Source of the DNA: Oscillospiraceae bacterium
GTDB taxonomy: Bacteria > Bacillota > Clostridia > Oscillospirales > CAG-272
Reading direction: 5' to 3'
NCBI GenBank assembly: GCA_015064695.1
Contig: SVRS01000003.1
Span: forward strand, 15,025-79,024
DNA: 64,000 nt
The translations under genes were made by a program, and so were the position numbers. Position 1 is the first letter of the stretch. Each line of letters begins with the position of its first letter. Below, piece after piece: positions 26,601 through 35,692 of this stretch. The notes below the pieces were generated by a model that was given only the letters and a program-made list of their open reading frames with translations, did not search any database and was not told where the DNA came from.

Positions 26601-27737
26601 GTGAAAAAACTGCGTATCGGGCTCATCGGCATCGGATTCATGGGAAAGACTCACCTGTGGTCGGTGCGGAATCTGCCCTTCTTCTATAAAACCGCCGAGC
26701 TGGGCTTTGAAGCCGAGGTCGCGGTGGTGTGCGCGTCCACTCCGGAGCGGGCGCAGGCCTTTGCCGCCGAGTACGGCATTCCCCGCACCGCGGCTACCCC
26801 CGAGGAGATCATCTCGGACCCTGATATTGACGTGATCGACATATGCACCCCCAATCCCCTCCACTATGAGGTGGCCAAGGCCGCTATCCTGGCAGGCAAG
26901 GCGGTGCTTTGCGAGAAGCCCTTGACGCTGACCGCTGCCGAGGCGGACGAGCTGGCCGCTCTGGCTGAACAGCGCGGGATAGTCTGCGGGACGGTATTCA
27001 ACAACCGTTTCCTCGCCCCCATCATGCGGGCGCGACAGCTCATCGACGAGGGGAAACTGGGGCGGATATTGGGCTTTGAGTTTTCCTACAAGCATAATTC
27101 CTGCATCGACCCCGACCGTCGGGTGGGGTGGAAGCAGACTGCCGAGGGCGGCGGCGGCACATGGTACGATCTGGGTCCCCACGTGGTGGACCTCTGCCAC
27201 TACCTCTGCGGGGAGCTGTCCTTCCTGGTAGGCAAGTCCCAGATCGCCTATCCCACCCATCTGAAGGCCGACGGCAGTGTGTGGCAGACCGATGCAGACG
27301 AGGCTTTCTACCTCATTTGCGGCACCCCCGAGGGGGCTATGGGCACCATCACGGTATCCAAGCTGACCCAGGGAGCCAACGATGAACTATCCTTTTCCAT
27401 CAACGGAGAGCGTGGTTCCCTTTCGTTCTCCCTGATGGACCCCAATTTTCTGAATTTCTACGACGCTACCGCCGTTGGCTCGCCCATGGGTGGGGTTCGT
27501 GGCTACACCCGCATTGAGTGCGTGGGACGGTATCCCTTCCCCGCATCGGGCTTTCCTGCCATCAAGGCACCCCAGGGGTGGCTTCGCGGGCACATCGGGA
27601 GCATGGCGGCCTTCCTGTCCGCCGTGGCGGGACATACGCAATTTGCGCCCTCCTTCGGAGACGGAGCTTACGTACAGGCCATTTTGGAGGCCGCCGTCCG
27701 CAGTGACCGCGAGGGGCGGGAGGTGCGACTATGCTGA
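26601..27737 (+). CDS. Gfo/Idh/MocA family NAD(P)-dependent oxidoreductase
   Basis: Trimmed to GTG 26601 after AGGAG. Rossmann GLIGIGFMGKTH, EKP motif CEKPLT. Confidence 0.85.
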   Translation: MKKLRIGLIGIGFMGKTHLWSVRNLPFFYKTAELGFEAEVAVVCASTPERAQAFAAEYGIPRTAATPEEIISDPDIDVIDICTPNPLHYEVAKAAILAGKAVLCEKPLTLTAAEADELAALAEQRGIVCGTVFNNRFLAPIMRARQLIDEGKLGRILGFEFSYKHNSCIDPDRRVGWKQTAEGGGGTWYDLGPHVVDLCHYLCGELSFLVGKSQIAYPTHLKADGSVWQTDADEAFYLICGTPEGAMGTITVSKLTQGANDELSFSINGERGSLSFSLMDPNFLNFYDATAVGSPMGGVRGYTRIECVGRYPFPASGFPAIKAPQGWLRGHIGSMAAFLSAVAGHTQFAPSFGDGAYVQAILEAAVRSDREGREVRLC

Positions 27738-28336
27738 CCGTGGGACTAACCGGTCCCAGCGGAGCAGGCAAAGGGGTGGTTGCTTCCCTGTTCGCTCGCT
27801 ACGGAGTCCCCTCCATCGACACCGACGCAGTGTATCACGACCTGCTCGTCCCCCCCTCGGCCTGCCTGGACGAGCTGGTGGCGCGGTTTGGAGAGTCGGT
27901 TCTGACCGCTGACGGCAGGCTGGACCGCAAAGCCTTGGCGGCAGTGGTGTTTGCCTCAGGGCATGAAAATGACCTGCTTGATCTGAACCGCATCACCCAT
28001 CGCCACGTGCTGGACGAGGCACGGAGACAGCTGACCGCATACAAGGCCCAGGGCAAGGCCGCCGTTCTGGTGGATGCCCCCCAGCTGTACGAGTCGGGGT
28101 TTGATACAGAGTGCGACTACGTGGTGGCGGTACTGGCTCCGCGAGACGTGCGGTTGAGCCGTATCGTAGCACGGGACGAGCTGGACGAGGCACGGGCTGC
28201 GGCGCGGATGGACGCGCAAAAGGATGACGACTTCTTCCGTCAGCATGCCGATGTGATTCTGATGAATGACGGAGAAATCCACGCCTTGGACGTTCAAATA
28301 CAGGCGATGCTCCGTTGCTGGGAGGTGCTTTCATGA
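27731..28336 (+). CDS. coaE: dephospho-CoA kinase
   Basis: P-loop GLTGPSGAGKG. About 200 aa. Overlaps the upstream stop. Confidence 0.9.
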   Translation: MLTVGLTGPSGAGKGVVASLFARYGVPSIDTDAVYHDLLVPPSACLDELVARFGESVLTADGRLDRKALAAVVFASGHENDLLDLNRITHRHVLDEARRQLTAYKAQGKAAVLVDAPQLYESGFDTECDYVVAVLAPRDVRLSRIVARDELDEARAAARMDAQKDDDFFRQHADVILMNDGEIHALDVQIQAMLRCWEVLS

Positions 28337-28938
28337 AATGGAATTGGAGAAATCCCTCAAGAGGCATCATGATTGCCCTTCTCGCGGTTATTGCCATCGG
28401 CTTGGGCTTTCTGACGGATTTCATCATCACTTGCTTTGAGAAAAACTCCTACCCGCAAAACTACGCGGAGTATGTGGAGACATATACTGAAGCATACGGT
28501 GTACCGGAATCCCTGGTATACGCTGTGATCCGTACTGAGAGCGGCTTTGATTCGGGTGTCGTGTCCTCAGCAGGTGCCGTCGGACTCATGCAACTCATGC
28601 CCGACACCTTCACCTGGCTGACCAATGAAATTTTGTTCGATCACTTGGAGTCCGGCATGCTCTACGATCCCGAAACCAACATCAAATACGGTACTTACTA
28701 CCTGTCCCGTCTCTATGATCGCTACGGAGATTGGGAACTCGCTTTGGCCGCTTACAACGGAGGTCCCGGAAACGTGGACGAATGGTTAGCTGATCCCGCA
28801 TATTCCGACGGCGAGGGCGGACTTTCGAAAATTCCCTTCCGCGAAACACGCCGATACGTCAAAAAGGTAACTGATGCGAGAGAGGTGTATGAGAGGCTGT
28901 ATGAAAAGAACGAGGACTCCCTGAAAGAAACTGATTGA
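28333..28938 (+). CDS. lytic transglycosylase (SLT domain), membrane anchored
   Basis: Trimmed to ATG 28333 (ATGA overlap with the coaE stop). ESGFD catalytic Glu, GLMQLMP, AAYNGGPGNV. Confidence 0.8.
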   Translation: MKWNWRNPSRGIMIALLAVIAIGLGFLTDFIITCFEKNSYPQNYAEYVETYTEAYGVPESLVYAVIRTESGFDSGVVSSAGAVGLMQLMPDTFTWLTNEILFDHLESGMLYDPETNIKYGTYYLSRLYDRYGDWELALAAYNGGPGNVDEWLADPAYSDGEGGLSKIPFRETRRYVKKVTDAREVYERLYEKNEDSLKETD

Positions 28939-28985
28939 ACCGCTGCTTCCATGCGAACAAAATATAACGAAAAGAGGATAAAAAC

Positions 28986-30389
28986 ATGTCCGAGAACACC
29001 AATATTGCCACCGAGCTGGAAACCAAGCTGGGCTATAAAAAAACCAATTTCTATGAAAAATCCGACGAGGCCGCCATCAAAGCTGCCTACGATTATGCTC
29101 CCGGCTATATGAAATATCTGGACGATGCCAAGACCGAGCGGGAGGCTGTGACGGTTTCCATCGCCATGGCCGAAAAGGAGGGCTATATTCCCTACACCTT
29201 CGGCATGGAGCTGAAGGTCGGTGGGAAATACTACTACAACAACCGAGGCCGTAACCTGTACCTGTTCCGCGTAGGCTCTGAGCCCATTAACAACGGCATA
29301 CGCATCGCGGCGGCCCACATCGACAATCCCCGCATCGACGTCAAGCAGTCCCCCCTCTATGAGGATGGCGGCATGGCTTTCTTCAAGACCCGCTACTACG
29401 GCGGTATCCGCAAATACCAGTGGGTGACCATTCCTCTGGCACTCCACGGCGTGGTTGTGAAGGCAGACGGCGAGGTGGTCAACGTGGTGATCGGTGAAGC
29501 CCCCTCCGACCCCGTCATTTATATCAACGATCTCCTCCCCCACCTGGCACAGGATCAATCAGCCAAGCCTCTGGGTAAGGCGATCCCTGCCGAAAATCTG
29601 AATCTGCTCCTCGGCACTCGTCCCTACCCCGGTCTGGAGGGCGGCAACGCCATTCGCTTGAACATTCTGTCCATGCTCAACGAGAAGTACGGCATCACCG
29701 AGGAGGATTTCCTGTCGGCTGATCTGTCTGCCGTTCCTGCCGACAAGGCCCGTGACGTAGGACTGGACCGTTCTCTGATCGGCGCGTACGGTCACGATGA
29801 CCGCGTCTGCGCGTACCCCTCCATGACCGCGCTGTTCGGCACCGACGATTCGACTCACACCTCCATGGTCATTCTGGCCGACAAGGAGGAGATTGGCTCC
29901 GACGGCAACACGGGTATGCAGTGCGAGCTGATGACCGATCTGATCGAGGAGATTACCCGCGCCCTGGGCGGAAACTTCGCCACCGTGAAGGCCAACTCCA
30001 AGTGCATCTCCTCCGACGTGACCGCTTGCTTTGATCCCAACTTTGCCGAGGTCTTTGACCGCCGTAACGTCTCCATGCTCAACTGCGGTGTGGCCATGTC
30101 CAAGTACACGGGTCACGGCGGCAAGGTGGGCACCAACGACGCTCCCGCCGAGTACGTAGCCTGGATCCGCAAGATCATGGCTGAGGCCGGTGTCATCTGG
30201 CAGGCCGGCGATATGGGCAAGACCGACGTAGGCGGCGGCGGAACCGTTGCCAAGTTCATCGCCAAGCACAACATCGAGACCGTGGACCTCGGTGTCCCCG
30301 TCATCGCCATGCACGCTCCCTACGAGGTCATCTCCAAGGCTGACCTCTACACCGCTCACCTGGCCTTCGAGGCTTTCTTCAGAGCGTAA
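28986..30389 (+). CDS. M18 family aminopeptidase
   Basis: 467 aa. AAHIDNPRIDVK, LADKEEIGS, DVGGGGT, AMHAPYE blocks as in aminopeptidase 1 / M18. Confidence 0.75.
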   Translation: MSENTNIATELETKLGYKKTNFYEKSDEAAIKAAYDYAPGYMKYLDDAKTEREAVTVSIAMAEKEGYIPYTFGMELKVGGKYYYNNRGRNLYLFRVGSEPINNGIRIAAAHIDNPRIDVKQSPLYEDGGMAFFKTRYYGGIRKYQWVTIPLALHGVVVKADGEVVNVVIGEAPSDPVIYINDLLPHLAQDQSAKPLGKAIPAENLNLLLGTRPYPGLEGGNAIRLNILSMLNEKYGITEEDFLSADLSAVPADKARDVGLDRSLIGAYGHDDRVCAYPSMTALFGTDDSTHTSMVILADKEEIGSDGNTGMQCELMTDLIEEITRALGGNFATVKANSKCISSDVTACFDPNFAEVFDRRNVSMLNCGVAMSKYTGHGGKVGTNDAPAEYVAWIRKIMAEAGVIWQAGDMGKTDVGGGGTVAKFIAKHNIETVDLGVPVIAMHAPYEVISKADLYTAHLAFEAFFRA

Positions 30390-30394
30390 GAGGA

Positions 30395-30565
30395 CGAGGG
30401 GCTTTGCCCCTGACCCCACTCAAGGGACCTTTGAAAAAGTCCCTTGAGAATCCCCAAAACTTTTAATAAGTTCTTATATTGTTTTAAAGTTTTAGAAGTT
30501 CTCAGAACCCTTTTTCTGCACTGCCTGCAGTGCGGGGTTCATAAGCCGTCGGAGGCACGCTCCCC
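30395..30565. repeat. copy C of a modular palindromic intergenic repeat family
   Basis: GTCCCTTGAGAATCCCCAAAAC (30439-60) matches 43637-58 at 20/22. CCGTCGGAGGCACGCTCCCC (30546-65) is the reverse complement of the GGAGAGCGTGCCTCCGG motif seen at 43551 and 46737. Several local hairpins. Confidence 0.7.
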
Positions 30566-30615
30566 GCTTTTCCCGCTTTCCCCGCTCTCCCATCTCCCCA
30601 CGAAAGGACCCCCTT

Positions 30616-31689
30616 ATGTTTGAAAAACTCATTCCCGTCGTTGCGAAATTTGAGGATATTGAATTTCGTCTGTCCCTGCCCGAGACGTCCTCTGACCCTG
30701 CGGTCTATACGGCTCTGATCAAGGAATATCACAATCTGACTCCCCTTGTGGAGGCCTACCGCCTGTATCGGGGACTGGAGGATGCCCGCGCCGAGGCTTT
30801 GGAGTTGTCCACCATGGCGGACGACCCCGAGCTGAGAGATTTGGCTCAAGACGAGGCCGAGATGCTCAAGGGCAAGCTGGCGGAGGCAGCTGAGGAATTG
30901 CAGAAGCTGCTCATTCCCAAGGACCCCGAGGACGATTGCTCGGTCATCGTGGAGCTTCGCGCGGGAACGGGAGGCGAGGAGGCGGCGCTGTTCGCGGCAG
31001 ACTTGTTCCGCATGTACAGCATGTATGCCCAGGCCCAGGGCTTCAAGGTCAACATCACCTCCGCCACCGAGACCGAGCTGGGAGGCTTCCGCGAGGTGAC
31101 CTTCCTGGTGGAGGGCAAGGGGGCTTACTCCCGCTTCAAGTTCGAGTCGGGGGTCCACCGCGTCCAACGGGTCCCCGCCACCGAGTCCCAGGGGCGGATA
31201 CAGACCTCCGCCGCCACCGTGGCGGTGCTTCCCGAGGTAGAGGATGTGGAGATTGAGATCAAGGACTCCGACCTGGTCTACGAATCCTGCAAGTCGAGCG
31301 GTGCGGGCGGTCAGCACATCAACAAGACCGAGTCCGCCGTCCGCCTGACCCACAAGCCTACGGGCATCGTCATTGAATGTCAGCAGGAGCGGTCGCAGTT
31401 CCAAAACAAGGATAAAGCGCTGGAGATGCTGAAGGCCAAGCTCTACCACATCAAAAAGGCCGAGCAAGACGAGGCGCGGGCCTCGGCACGCAAGTCCCAG
31501 GTAGGTTCGGGAGACCGCAGTGAGAAGATCCGTACCTACAACTACCCCCAAAGCCGTGTGACCGACCACCGCATCGGTTTTTCCATCTACGATCTGGACG
31601 GGTTCATGAACGGAAACATCTCCCCCATGATCGAGGCGCTGACCGCCGCCGATACGGCAGAAAAACTCAAAGAGCAGGACACAGAATGA
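30616..31689 (+). CDS. prfA: peptide chain release factor 1
   Basis: PAT motif (RVPATESQGR), GGQ (GAGGQHINK). Confidence 0.95.
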   Translation: MFEKLIPVVAKFEDIEFRLSLPETSSDPAVYTALIKEYHNLTPLVEAYRLYRGLEDARAEALELSTMADDPELRDLAQDEAEMLKGKLAEAAEELQKLLIPKDPEDDCSVIVELRAGTGGEEAALFAADLFRMYSMYAQAQGFKVNITSATETELGGFREVTFLVEGKGAYSRFKFESGVHRVQRVPATESQGRIQTSAATVAVLPEVEDVEIEIKDSDLVYESCKSSGAGGQHINKTESAVRLTHKPTGIVIECQQERSQFQNKDKALEMLKAKLYHIKKAEQDEARASARKSQVGSGDRSEKIRTYNYPQSRVTDHRIGFSIYDLDGFMNGNISPMIEALTAADTAEKLKEQDTE

Positions 31690-32744
31690 CTATGCAGACC
31701 AAGGTTATCAAGATCACGGATCCCGCGGAATCCGCTACTGATCTCAAGGAAGCCGCCCGCATCCTCCGTGAGGGAGGGCTGGTGGTGTTTCCCACCGAGA
31801 CGGTATACGGTCTCGGCGGCAACGGACTGTCCCAAAGCTCGGCGGAGAAGATCTACGCCGCCAAGGGCCGTCCCTCCAACAATCCCCTCATCATTCACGT
31901 TCACGACCCCGCCGAGGCGGACAAATACGCCCACGCGGGCGACCTGTACGACCGTCTGGCGGCGGCCTTCATGCCGGGGCCTCTGACGGTGATCCTCCCC
32001 AAAAGAGAGTGCATTCCCTACGCCACCACGGGAGGTCTTGACACCGTAGCGGTGCGCTGTCCCGACCATCCCATCGCCCAAGCCCTTCTGAAGGAATGCG
32101 GCGACTTCCCCGTGGCTGCTCCCTCGGCCAACCTGTCGGGTAAGCCCTCCCCCACCGTAGCCGAGCACGTCATTACCGATCTGTCGGGCAGAGTGGACAT
32201 GATCATCGACGGCGGGGAGAGCGACATCGGTCTGGAATCCACCATTGTGAGTATCGATCACGATCATGAGGGGGAGTATCTGACCCTGCTCCGCCCCGGC
32301 GCCATCACCGCCGACGCGCTGACCTGCGTATGCGAGCGGGTGGTCATCGCCTCCGCCGTTCTGGAGCAGCTCAAGGAAGGTGAGCGCCCCCTGTCCCCCG
32401 GCATGATGTACAAGCATTACGCCCCCTCCACTCCGCTGGTGCTGCTGGACGGCACCCCCGAGGACGTACTGGCATTTCTGCAGAAGGAGCAGGCAGACAG
32501 ATCCTGCGCCATTCTCTGCTATTTTGAGGAGATGCCCCACCTGAAGCATGAGAATCTTTTCCCCGTGGGCGGAAAGGACGATCTCGCCACCCAAGCCCAT
32601 ACTCTGTTTTCCCTCCTCCGCGAGGCTGACAAGGCGGGCGCATCCATCATGTACGCCCATCTGCCCCCCCTCGACGGATTGGGGCTTGCGTTGTACAACC
32701 GCATGATCCGGGCGGCGGCGCATACCATTCTTCAGGTGCCCTGA
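31686..32744 (+). CDS. tsaC: L-threonylcarbamoyladenylate synthase (Sua5/YwlC type)
   Basis: ATGA overlap with prfA. VVFPTETVYGLGGN, AKGRPSNNPLIIH, SANLSGKPSP, plus a Sua5 C-terminal domain. Confidence 0.9.
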   Translation: MTMQTKVIKITDPAESATDLKEAARILREGGLVVFPTETVYGLGGNGLSQSSAEKIYAAKGRPSNNPLIIHVHDPAEADKYAHAGDLYDRLAAAFMPGPLTVILPKRECIPYATTGGLDTVAVRCPDHPIAQALLKECGDFPVAAPSANLSGKPSPTVAEHVITDLSGRVDMIIDGGESDIGLESTIVSIDHDHEGEYLTLLRPGAITADALTCVCERVVIASAVLEQLKEGERPLSPGMMYKHYAPSTPLVLLDGTPEDVLAFLQKEQADRSCAILCYFEEMPHLKHENLFPVGGKDDLATQAHTLFSLLREADKAGASIMYAHLPPLDGLGLALYNRMIRAAAHTILQVP

Positions 32745-32764
32745 AGGGGTATCTGAAGAATGGG

Positions 32765-32882
32765 GTGAAATCCACGCTATGCGTGGGTGAAATTTCCGCT
32801 TCGCAGAAGTGAAATTCGCGCTATGCGCGAGTGAAATCTTTGCCTTTGGCAAAGGCGGATGAAGGTTTTGCAATGCAAAACC
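32765..32882 (+). repeat. tandem array of five short hairpins, four of them preceded by GTGAAAT
   Basis: Units at 32765, 32787, 32809 (22 nt each) and 32831 (24 nt), then 32855-32882. Stems are CCACGC/GCGTGG, TTCCGC/GCAGAA, TCGCGC/GCGCGA, CTTTGCC/GGCAAAG, GGTTTTGC/GCAAAACC. Confidence 0.85.
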
Positions 32883-32935
32883 TATTTAATTTGTATACTG
32901 GTTTCGATTTAGATTTAAGAATAGGATTTTAGAAT

Positions 32936-35188
32936 ATGGCTAAGAAGAAGAAAGCATCTGTGATCGAAGAATTACCGCCGGCTCCGATTCGGTATCAGCC
33001 CATCACCGAGACGCTGGAGACCAACTACATGCCCTACGTCATGACGGTCATTGTCTCCCGCGCCATTCCCGAGATCGACGGGTTTAAGCCCTCTCACCGC
33101 AAGCTCCTTTATACCATGTACAAGATGGGTCTGATGAATGGGCCTCGGGTCAAATCTGCCACCATTGCAGGTCGTACCATGGCCATTCATCCCCACGGCG
33201 ATGCGGGTATTTACGAGACCATGGTACGCCTCACGCGGGACTACGAGGCTCTGCTCCACCCCTTCGTGGACTCCAAGGGTGCTTTCGGTAAACAGTATTC
33301 CTCCAACATGAAGGCCTCCGCCCCTCGTTACACCGAGGCGCGTTTGGAATCCTTCTGTAATGAGATATTCAAAGGCATCGATAAGGATGCCGTAGAAATG
33401 GTGGACAATTATGACGGCACCATGCAGGAGCCGGTCCTGCTCCCCACCACCTTCCCCAATGTCCTGGTAACCCCCAACATGGGTATTGCCGTAGGCATGG
33501 CCTCCAACATCTGCCCCTTCAACTTAGCCGAGGTCTGCGACGGCACCATCGCCATGCTCAAAAAGCCCGGCATCTCAACCGAGCGGCTCATGGAGCTGAT
33601 CAAGGGTCCCGACTTTCCCGGAGGCGGTCTCCTGATCTATGACCGAACCCAAATGAAACAGGTCTTTGAGACGGGCGTAGGCCCTGTGCGGCTTCGCGCA
33701 CGCTACCGCTACGACAAGGAAGCCAATTGCATTGATATTTTGCAGATACCTTACTCTACCACTATCGAGCAGATCATCGACAAGATCGCAGATCTGGTCA
33801 AATCGGGCTCCCTCAAGGAGGTCACCGACTTCCGTGATGAGATCGACCTGTCGGGCTTCAAGCTGACCCTGGATCTCCGCAAGGGCGTGGATCCGGACAA
33901 GCTCATGACCAAGCTTTTCAAGGTCACTCCCCTGGAGGACAGCTTCAAATGCAATTTCAACATTCTCATTGACTCGGCCCCCCGTCAGATGGGTATTGCC
34001 GAGATCCTGCGGGAGTGGATCTTCTTCCGCATGGGATGTGTACGGCGTGAGCTGACTTTTGACCTGAGCAAGAAGCGGGACAAGCTCCATCTTCTGGAGG
34101 CTTTGGCCAAGGTGCTTCTGGACATTGATCTGGCCATCCGCATCATCCGCAAGACCGAGAAGGAGGAGGAGGTCATTCCCTCTCTGATGACGGGCTTCGA
34201 CATCGACGAGGTACAAGCCAACTACATCGCTGAAATCAAGCTTCGTCACCTCAACCGAGAGTACATCCTCAACCGCATTGCGGAAATGGAAAATCTCCGC
34301 CGTGAAATCGCCGAGTTGGAGGACATTTTGGGAGACGAGTTGAAGATCAAAGCCTACATTGCCGCTCAACTCACCGAGATCAAGAAGAAATACGGCAAGC
34401 CCCGTATCACCCAGATCATGGATGCAGGCGAGATCAAGGTATATAACGAAGACGAATCGGTAGAAAATTACCCCGTCAAGCTTCTGTTTACCAGCGAAGG
34501 CTACTTCAAGAAGATTGCTGTTACTCCTCGTACGCAGTTCTCTATTGACGATCAGAAAATGAAGGACGGCGACAGCATTATCAAAGTGCTGGATGCCGAA
34601 AACAAGGATGAATTGGTCTTCTTTACCGACAAATGTCAGGTATACCGCTCCTCGGTCAATGACTTCGATGCTTTGAAATCCTCGGCTATGGGTGACTATC
34701 TCCCCACCAAGCTCAAAATGGACGAGGGTGAGCGTCCCGTTTATATGGAGCTTCGAAACAGCTACCCCGAGGGAGAAAACTATATTTTCCTGTTTGAGAA
34801 CGGTAAAGGTGTCCGCGTTCCTGTCACCGCCTACGTCACAAAGGGTAACCGCCGCAAGCTAACCGGTGCTTACTCGGATGCGTCTCCTCTGGTCGCTATA
34901 TTTAAGGATACCGACAAGCATCCCACCGACATTCTGCTGATCTCCTCGGCCGACCGCGCCATTCTCATTAAGTCCTCCCTCATTCCCCTCAAGACCACTC
35001 GTACCTCAGGCGGTGTTCAGCTCATGAACGTCAACGTCAAGAAGGGACATACCTTGGCCAAGGCCGTCACGGATTTTGAAGGTCGTTATCAAAACGTCAA
35101 GTCCTACCGAAAGTTAAAGATCCCTGCCTCGGGTACGCTGCTTGAGGAAAAAAACATTGAAATCCAACAGATCAAAATCGATACCTAA
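32936..35188 (+). CDS. parC: type IIA topoisomerase subunit A, ParC-like
   Basis: 750 aa. DGFKPSHRKLLY, active-site region SAPRYTEARL. No QRRGGKG GyrA-box seen, hence ParC-like rather than GyrA. Confidence 0.8.
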   Translation: MAKKKKASVIEELPPAPIRYQPITETLETNYMPYVMTVIVSRAIPEIDGFKPSHRKLLYTMYKMGLMNGPRVKSATIAGRTMAIHPHGDAGIYETMVRLTRDYEALLHPFVDSKGAFGKQYSSNMKASAPRYTEARLESFCNEIFKGIDKDAVEMVDNYDGTMQEPVLLPTTFPNVLVTPNMGIAVGMASNICPFNLAEVCDGTIAMLKKPGISTERLMELIKGPDFPGGGLLIYDRTQMKQVFETGVGPVRLRARYRYDKEANCIDILQIPYSTTIEQIIDKIADLVKSGSLKEVTDFRDEIDLSGFKLTLDLRKGVDPDKLMTKLFKVTPLEDSFKCNFNILIDSAPRQMGIAEILREWIFFRMGCVRRELTFDLSKKRDKLHLLEALAKVLLDIDLAIRIIRKTEKEEEVIPSLMTGFDIDEVQANYIAEIKLRHLNREYILNRIAEMENLRREIAELEDILGDELKIKAYIAAQLTEIKKKYGKPRITQIMDAGEIKVYNEDESVENYPVKLLFTSEGYFKKIAVTPRTQFSIDDQKMKDGDSIIKVLDAENKDELVFFTDKCQVYRSSVNDFDALKSSAMGDYLPTKLKMDEGERPVYMELRNSYPEGENYIFLFENGKGVRVPVTAYVTKGNRRKLTGAYSDASPLVAIFKDTDKHPTDILLISSADRAILIKSSLIPLKTTRTSGGVQLMNVNVKKGHTLAKAVTDFEGRYQNVKSYRKLKIPASGTLLEEKNIEIQQIKIDT

Positions 35189-35203
35189 AAGGAGATATTC
35201 GCT

Positions 35204-35320
35204 ATGAATAACAAGAATAAGCTTGCCGCCCGCATTATGGCTATTGTTCTCAGTGTCCTCATGCTGGGCTCCGGCGTGACCCTCATCATCAGCCTTCTGA
35301 TCCAGCTCATCACCGGATAA
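35204..35320 (+). CDS. 38-aa single-TM peptide
   Basis: AAAGGAG RBS 7 nt upstream. MNNKNKLAARIMAIVLSVLMLGSGVTLIISLLIQLITG. Followed by a strong terminator. Below the ORF-track length cutoff. Confidence 0.4.
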   Translation: MNNKNKLAARIMAIVLSVLMLGSGVTLIISLLIQLITG

Positions 35321-35354
35321 GGAACGGTAAAATATTAAGCCCATCAAAGCCCCT

Positions 35355-35390
35355 CAAAGGACGGGTTGAATCCCGTCCTTTGGTATTTTT
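35355..35390 (+). terminator. intrinsic terminator
   Basis: CAAAGGACGGG, TTGAAT loop, CCCGTCCTTTG, then GTATTTTT. Confidence 0.8.
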
Positions 35391-35479
35391 GAGATCATCC
35401 CGAACCAGATGCATATCCTCCGCATAGAATTTGAGTGGCAGGGTAGTAAAAAAAGCATTTTCCGGTTATGCTATATACC

Positions 35480-35651
35480 AGGGCTTGTTTGAAAAAACAG
35501 CCTTCCTTCGGGATGCCCAAAAAGCGGATCTTTTTCCGCATAACCGTGCCGTTTTTTCTTGAAATACGGCCTGTATTCCTGCGAAAAATCGGCTTGTTCT
35601 GTGAAATAATTTCTCGCTTTGGGTCATGCTGTTATTTTTCAAACAAGCTCT
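35480..35651 (+). ncRNA. candidate structured RNA: ~170-nt extended imperfect hairpin with its own extended -10 promoter
   Basis: TGcTATATA at 35469-77. The 5' arm 35480-35501 pairs with 35628-35651 (about 22 bp with one bulge). 35513-26 pairs with 35615-27. 35531-40 pairs with 35580-88. Apical GCCGT/ACGGC. A 26-nt asymmetric 3' loop. Confidence 0.35.
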
Positions 35652-35692
35652 GAGCTATTTTACAGGCTTCCCGAAAAGAAAGGATTCCGTAT

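Noticed and set aside
26318-26641. 107-aa minus-strand ORF
   Set aside because: It spans two divergent consensus promoters (26441-69 minus, 26539-67 plus) and the leader of the downstream gene. The internal ATG has no convincing RBS.
32765-32882. Possible CRISPR array
   Set aside because: The units are only 22-24 nt and directly abut, with no spacers. The variable part is itself palindromic, and no cas genes are present in the window.
35468-35653. 61-aa plus-strand ORF
   Set aside because: It coincides exactly with the long hairpin element. It has no RBS and an implausible sequence.
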